Part shown: piece after piece, positions 60,654 to 64,000 of the stretch
Layout: each line of letters begins with the position of its first letter
Position numbering within the stretch: position 1 is the stretch's first letter
NCBI GenBank assembly: GCA_965261545.1
Contig: CBDHDF010000006.1
Coordinates: 192,001 to 256,000, forward strand
DNA: 64,000 nt
Direction of reading: 5' to 3'
DNA from: Bdellovibrionales bacterium
Lineage (GTDB): Bacteria > Bdellovibrionota > Bdellovibrionia > Bdellovibrionales > UBA1609
The notes under the pieces: generated by a model
What the model was told of the DNA's origin: nothing
Seen by the model: the letters and a program-made list of their open reading frames with translations, nothing else
The model's database searches: none
Program-made: the position numbers and the translations under genes

Positions 60654-62591
60654 TACTCCTCGGACACAATAGACAACTTTTCCATTGAAATTTCCATAAA
60701 TATATATAATCATTCACTTTATGCAAGTGGTCGTAAATATGCTCACTATCGTTGGCATCCACCTGAGGATTCTTCCCATTTAGCTTCGAACCATAGTCAA
60801 AGGAATGATAATGGCCCACCAAACAAAACATCAAAATCCATGGACAGCTCAGCTAAAAAGTGTCTATCAAAGCGACCAAACCACACGGATTCAACAGACA
60901 TACGAAGTTGTTGTTCCAAAAATAAAGAAACAATTAAAGCAGAAAGTAAAACAACAGAAAATAATGGAGGTTAAAAATGGAAACATCAGTAGCTCTTTAT
61001 TGTCGAGTGTCCTCAGATAAACAAGCTCAAGAGGGAACCATTGATTCACAGATTTCTAGTCTTCACGATTTCGCTAAGGAACACAATTTTTGTGTAGAGG
61101 AGGATCTTATATTTATGGATAATGGTGTGAGTGGCGCCACCCTTGTTCGTCCTGCTTTAGACTCTCTTCGCGACAAAGCTTTTTCTGGGGAGGTTACAAA
61201 GGTACTTGTGTTATGTCCAGACAGATTAGCTCGTAAATATGCCCATCAATTGATTCTAATTGAAGAATTTCAGAGGCTAGGTGTTGAAATTATTTTTTCT
61301 AATAGAGATATTACAAATTCACCCGAAGATCAGCTTTTGCTACAAATACAAGGAGTCATTTCAGAATATGAAAGAGAAAAAATTATGGAAAGAAGTCGAA
61401 GGGGTAAACTTCAAAAGGCTTCTAAGGGCTTTGTTAGCGTTTTATGTGGAGCCCCCTATGGTTATATATATATTCTGAAAACAGACTCCGCTGACGCACG
61501 ATATGAAATCCATCCAGAAGAGTCTAAAGTTGTTAAAAATATTTTTCAAATGTATTGCCGAAACAAACTAAGTATTAGAGCAATTGCAAAGGAATTAAAT
61601 ATAAGGGGGGTGCCTACTAGAAGACAACAAGGTATTTGGGGGCGTTCAACTATCTTGTGTATGCTTAAAAATCCCGCTTATTATGGACAAGCTGCTTTTA
61701 GAAAGACTATCAAGGTAGAAAGGTTGCGTCCAACCAAGTTCGCAAGAGACAATAATTTTTATCCAAAAAAACATAAATCAAGTTCTTCCAATCGAAATAA
61801 AAAGGATTGGATATATATTCCCGTTCCATCTATAATTTCTTCAAAAACTTTTCAAGATGCGTCCAGCCAATTGGAAGCTAACAAAAAACTTTCCTCTCGG
61901 AATAATAAAAAATATGAGTATTTGTTAAGTGGTCTTTTACGATGCAAAGAGTGTGGTTATTCGATCTATGGCAAACCTGCTTCTCACTCAAGGTATAAGC
62001 TTTGTTATTATCGCTGCATGGGACAAGATGGTTATAGGTGGCCAGCTAAAGGTAGAGTTTGCTCATCTCATCCCGTAAGAGTTGAAGTTTTAGATGACTT
62101 AGTTTGGGAACAAACAGTTAAATTACTTGAAAATCCTCAGACAGTTATAGATGAGTATACAAGTAGAATTCATGAGCAAAAAGGTGAACAACAATCATTG
62201 GAAAAATTAATTGTAAAAAAGGCTCAGGAGATTCGTCAAATAACACATGAAAAGGAACGTCTCTTGGATCTTTATCAAAATGGAACTCTAAATCTATCAG
62301 AAATAGAGTCACGATTAAAAAAAATAAGAGGAAAAATAAAGCAACTTGAAAATGAAAAGCAATCTTTAGAGTATGAGCAAAGGCAAGAAGGACAACAACT
62401 ACAGCTTGTAGATCAACTCCAAGAATTCCAAAAAAAAGTGAGTGCCAATTTAAAGGTATTGAGTTTTGAGCAAAAAAAGGAGATTGTAAGGCTACTGGTG
62501 AAGGAGGTTGAGGTGAACATTAAGGCAAGTGAAATTGTAGTTCGACACGTTGTGCCAACCTCCAAAAGTTTGCCATTGTGTCCGGGGAGTA
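60654..62591 (+). mobile_element. Minimal large-serine-recombinase element inserted in the intron RT gene
   Basis: Inverted ends TACTCCTCGGACACAATAGACAACTTT / TACTCCCCGGACACAATGGCAAACTTT (23/27); GT repeated at 60652-53 and 62592-93; removal restores the RT frame. Confidence 0.9.
60805..61020 (+). CDS. Small basic protein overlapping the recombinase start
   Basis: AAGGA before ATG; 71 aa; only other plausible gene in the element. Confidence 0.45.
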   Translation: MIMAHQTKHQNPWTAQLKSVYQSDQTTRIQQTYEVVVPKIKKQLKQKVKQQKIMEVKNGNISSSLLSSVLR

Positions 62592-62611
62592 GTGTGGACC
62601 CGACGATGTAA
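60977..62611 (+). CDS. Large serine recombinase (resolvase, recombinase, Zn-ribbon and coiled-coil domains)
   Basis: YCRVSS catalytic Ser, RPAL, DRLAR, PYGY, LRCKECG..YYRC..C; GGAGG RBS; stop lies outside the element end. Confidence 0.95.
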   Translation: METSVALYCRVSSDKQAQEGTIDSQISSLHDFAKEHNFCVEEDLIFMDNGVSGATLVRPALDSLRDKAFSGEVTKVLVLCPDRLARKYAHQLILIEEFQRLGVEIIFSNRDITNSPEDQLLLQIQGVISEYEREKIMERSRRGKLQKASKGFVSVLCGAPYGYIYILKTDSADARYEIHPEESKVVKNIFQMYCRNKLSIRAIAKELNIRGVPTRRQQGIWGRSTILCMLKNPAYYGQAAFRKTIKVERLRPTKFARDNNFYPKKHKSSSSNRNKKDWIYIPVPSIISSKTFQDASSQLEANKKLSSRNNKKYEYLLSGLLRCKECGYSIYGKPASHSRYKLCYYRCMGQDGYRWPAKGRVCSSHPVRVEVLDDLVWEQTVKLLENPQTVIDEYTSRIHEQKGEQQSLEKLIVKKAQEIRQITHEKERLLDLYQNGTLNLSEIESRLKKIRGKIKQLENEKQSLEYEQRQEGQQLQLVDQLQEFQKKVSANLKVLSFEQKKEIVRLLVKEVEVNIKASEIVVRHVVPTSKSLPLCPGSSVDPTM

Positions 62612-62956
62612 ATCGAACAGGTTTTGCACGAGGTTCTCGCCATACTCCTTCCATGTTAAATGGTCCACTCCCGCACTGGCTCCCCTATTCAAATAGAGGT
62701 AAGCCAAGTGGAGGGCTTCCACAGATACATGGTGAAGCAAGCAAGTGAGCTTACCATCCTTTCTCTTTGCTGCTATACGGACTTGCTCCGTCGCCTGTGA
62801 CACCTTTTCCCAACTCTGTGTTCGGCAGATGCTTTGACGGATTGAGTTCCCTTCAGTTCCACCCCTTCGCTCCAAGGACTCCGCTGGGCTTGTAGGCCCT
62901 TTGTTCGTCCTCTTCATCGCTACTATGAGTGGATCCGATTTCTTTATTTCGTTCAT
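62594..62956 (-). pseudogene. Group II intron reverse transcriptase/maturase, N-terminal fragment
   Basis: KSD..I...K.TNK...AE..ERR...GN, LLHHVS, ASAGVD..TW..Y, DLHRRVH; GGAGG upstream. Confidence 0.9.
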
Positions 62957-63405
62957 GGGTTACGGTTACCTCCTTTCCCATGTCGCCCGTCGCACATGAC
63001 GGGGTTAAATAAAGACCTCCCGAGGTCCCGAGATAAGATTCATATGTGCCAGTTTCTACGACGCCGTGGAGTCACCCACCAACTCACCATAGCGCTGGTG
63101 GGTATGTTGCGTTCGGCTACCATGACAGCCTCCGCACTCCAGAGTTCGGCATTTTCGACGCTCAATTATTTGGCCCACACACACCCCTACCGATACATCG
63201 CTTCGGCCTCACGGCCGACAGCGCACGGCTTGGGGAGAGAAGTGGTCGGTTGACCTTCCTCTCGGGGGACTCTAACCCCCTATCTTATCTCAGTTCGCCC
63301 GGCGAACCATGGCATTGCCCGCACTGATTGGCATGACTGATTCCCCTTAGCATAGCGTCATTGATGTTCTATAAAGACCTCCAATCTTTAACCAAGGAGG
63401 TCGAA

Positions 63406-64000
63406 ATGAGAACAAAGATGGATCATGAGCGTTACACAAAAATAAAATCATTAATAAAGGCAAATATTCCCGACCGAGAAATCAGTCGCCGCATGAAATG
63501 CTGCACCAAGACTCTTAGAAAGATAAGACGTGGTCTTTTAACAGACCCCAAGGATTGGAAGACCCAAAGAGAAATTCCCCCTTGGTCTTACGGTATAGAT
63601 TGGAAGATTATTGAGAAGGAGATTGAGGATAGGCATTGTTTAAGTGACGTTTGGGAGGAAAAATTTCTGAAGGTCATTAGCTACCCCCAGTTTACGAGGG
63701 AGTTTCATAAGCAATTTCCAAAAGCTGGCAAAAGGATTATTACCTTGCGTGATTTTCAGCCAGGCCACCAAGTTGAGGTTGATTACGCAGGATTTCAGCC
63801 AGAGTGGATCGATGAAGACCTTAATATTCATAAGGCCCATATATTTTGCTCAAATCTATGTTTCTCTCAGCGTATTTTTGCTTATGGCTCTTTGAGCGAA
63901 TCTAGTGAAGATTTTCTTCACGCTCACGTTCTGATGTTTGAATATTACGGTGGGGTTCCGAGAGTGGTTGTTCCTGATAATTTAAAGACTGGAGTGAACA
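63406..64000 (+). CDS. istA: IS21-family transposase IstA (runs off window)
   Basis: AAGGAGG RBS; HTH start; PGHQVEVDYAG, FEYYGGVPRVVVPDNLKTGV. Confidence 0.9.
   Translation, partial: MRTKMDHERYTKIKSLIKANIPDREISRRMKCCTKTLRKIRRGLLTDPKDWKTQREIPPWSYGIDWKIIEKEIEDRHCLSDVWEEKFLKVISYPQFTREFHKQFPKAGKRIITLRDFQPGHQVEVDYAGFQPEWIDEDLNIHKAHIFCSNLCFSQRIFAYGSLSESSEDFLHAHVLMFEYYGGVPRVVVPDNLKTGVN

Larger units (their letters stand above)
60469..63307 (-). mobile_element. Group II intron, 5' half only; putative 5' end GTTCGCCGGGCGAACTG at 63307
   Basis: ~350-nt GC-richer structured leader before the RT ORF; YADD region and domains V/VI absent; 5' boundary uncertain (63307 vs 63324). Confidence 0.7.

Noticed and set aside
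60685..60710. TTGAAA...TATAAT promoter in the LSR element
   Set aside because: Spacer is only 14 bp, so it cannot be supported as a sigma70 promoter
60654..62591. LSR as a prophage or ICE integrase
   Set aside because: Both ends lie within 1.94 kb and there are no phage or conjugation genes
60469..62956. RT as a retron, DGR or defence RT
   Set aside because: The N-terminal extension, RT motifs and long structured leader fit a group II intron; no template/variable repeat pair or msr-msd seen
62996..63327. Plus-strand 85- and 93-aa ORFs
   Set aside because: Antisense to intron RNA domains; no recognisable motifs
1..64000. tRNA, rRNA or CRISPR arrays
   Set aside because: None recognised by eye; a covariance-model scan would be needed to exclude small RNAs

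Overview
Bacterial chromosomal window, inferred (not proven) to come from a Bdellovibrionota-like, possibly host-associated organism. Layout: (1) 1-2.8 kb, IS1634 nested in an ISNCY/IS5-like transposase. (2) 5.6-30.4 kb, a surface-glycan island downstream of tsaE, with a GT2/flippase/GT-C modification block including a B12 radical-SAM enzyme, a Wzm/Wzt ABC block, and a Cj1416-Cj1418-like phosphoramidate block with a TagF-like transferase, a sulfatase-fold protein and a divergent extra YidC. (3) 30-57 kb, mostly housekeeping genes (purA, rsmA, holB, tatD, uvrD, rpsN, csp, lpxC, ald) plus an Rpn-like nuclease, an SNF2+SWIM pair and a 1837-aa autotransporter-like adhesin whose N-terminus resembles a dead ClpB AAA+ domain. 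(4) 56.9-64 kb, nested mobile elements: IS66 < IS4 < ISL3, and IS21 < group II intron < a 1.94-kb large-serine-recombinase element. The last is the most striking item. It sits in the intron RT gene between 27-bp inverted ends and a GT dinucleotide repeat. Precise excision would restore the RT frame at that site, and the predicted circle would replace the recombinase's 5 target-encoded C-terminal residues with a 106-aa extension, so one ORF would cover 1938 of the 1940 bp. All calls come from reading motifs by eye; no database searches were run.
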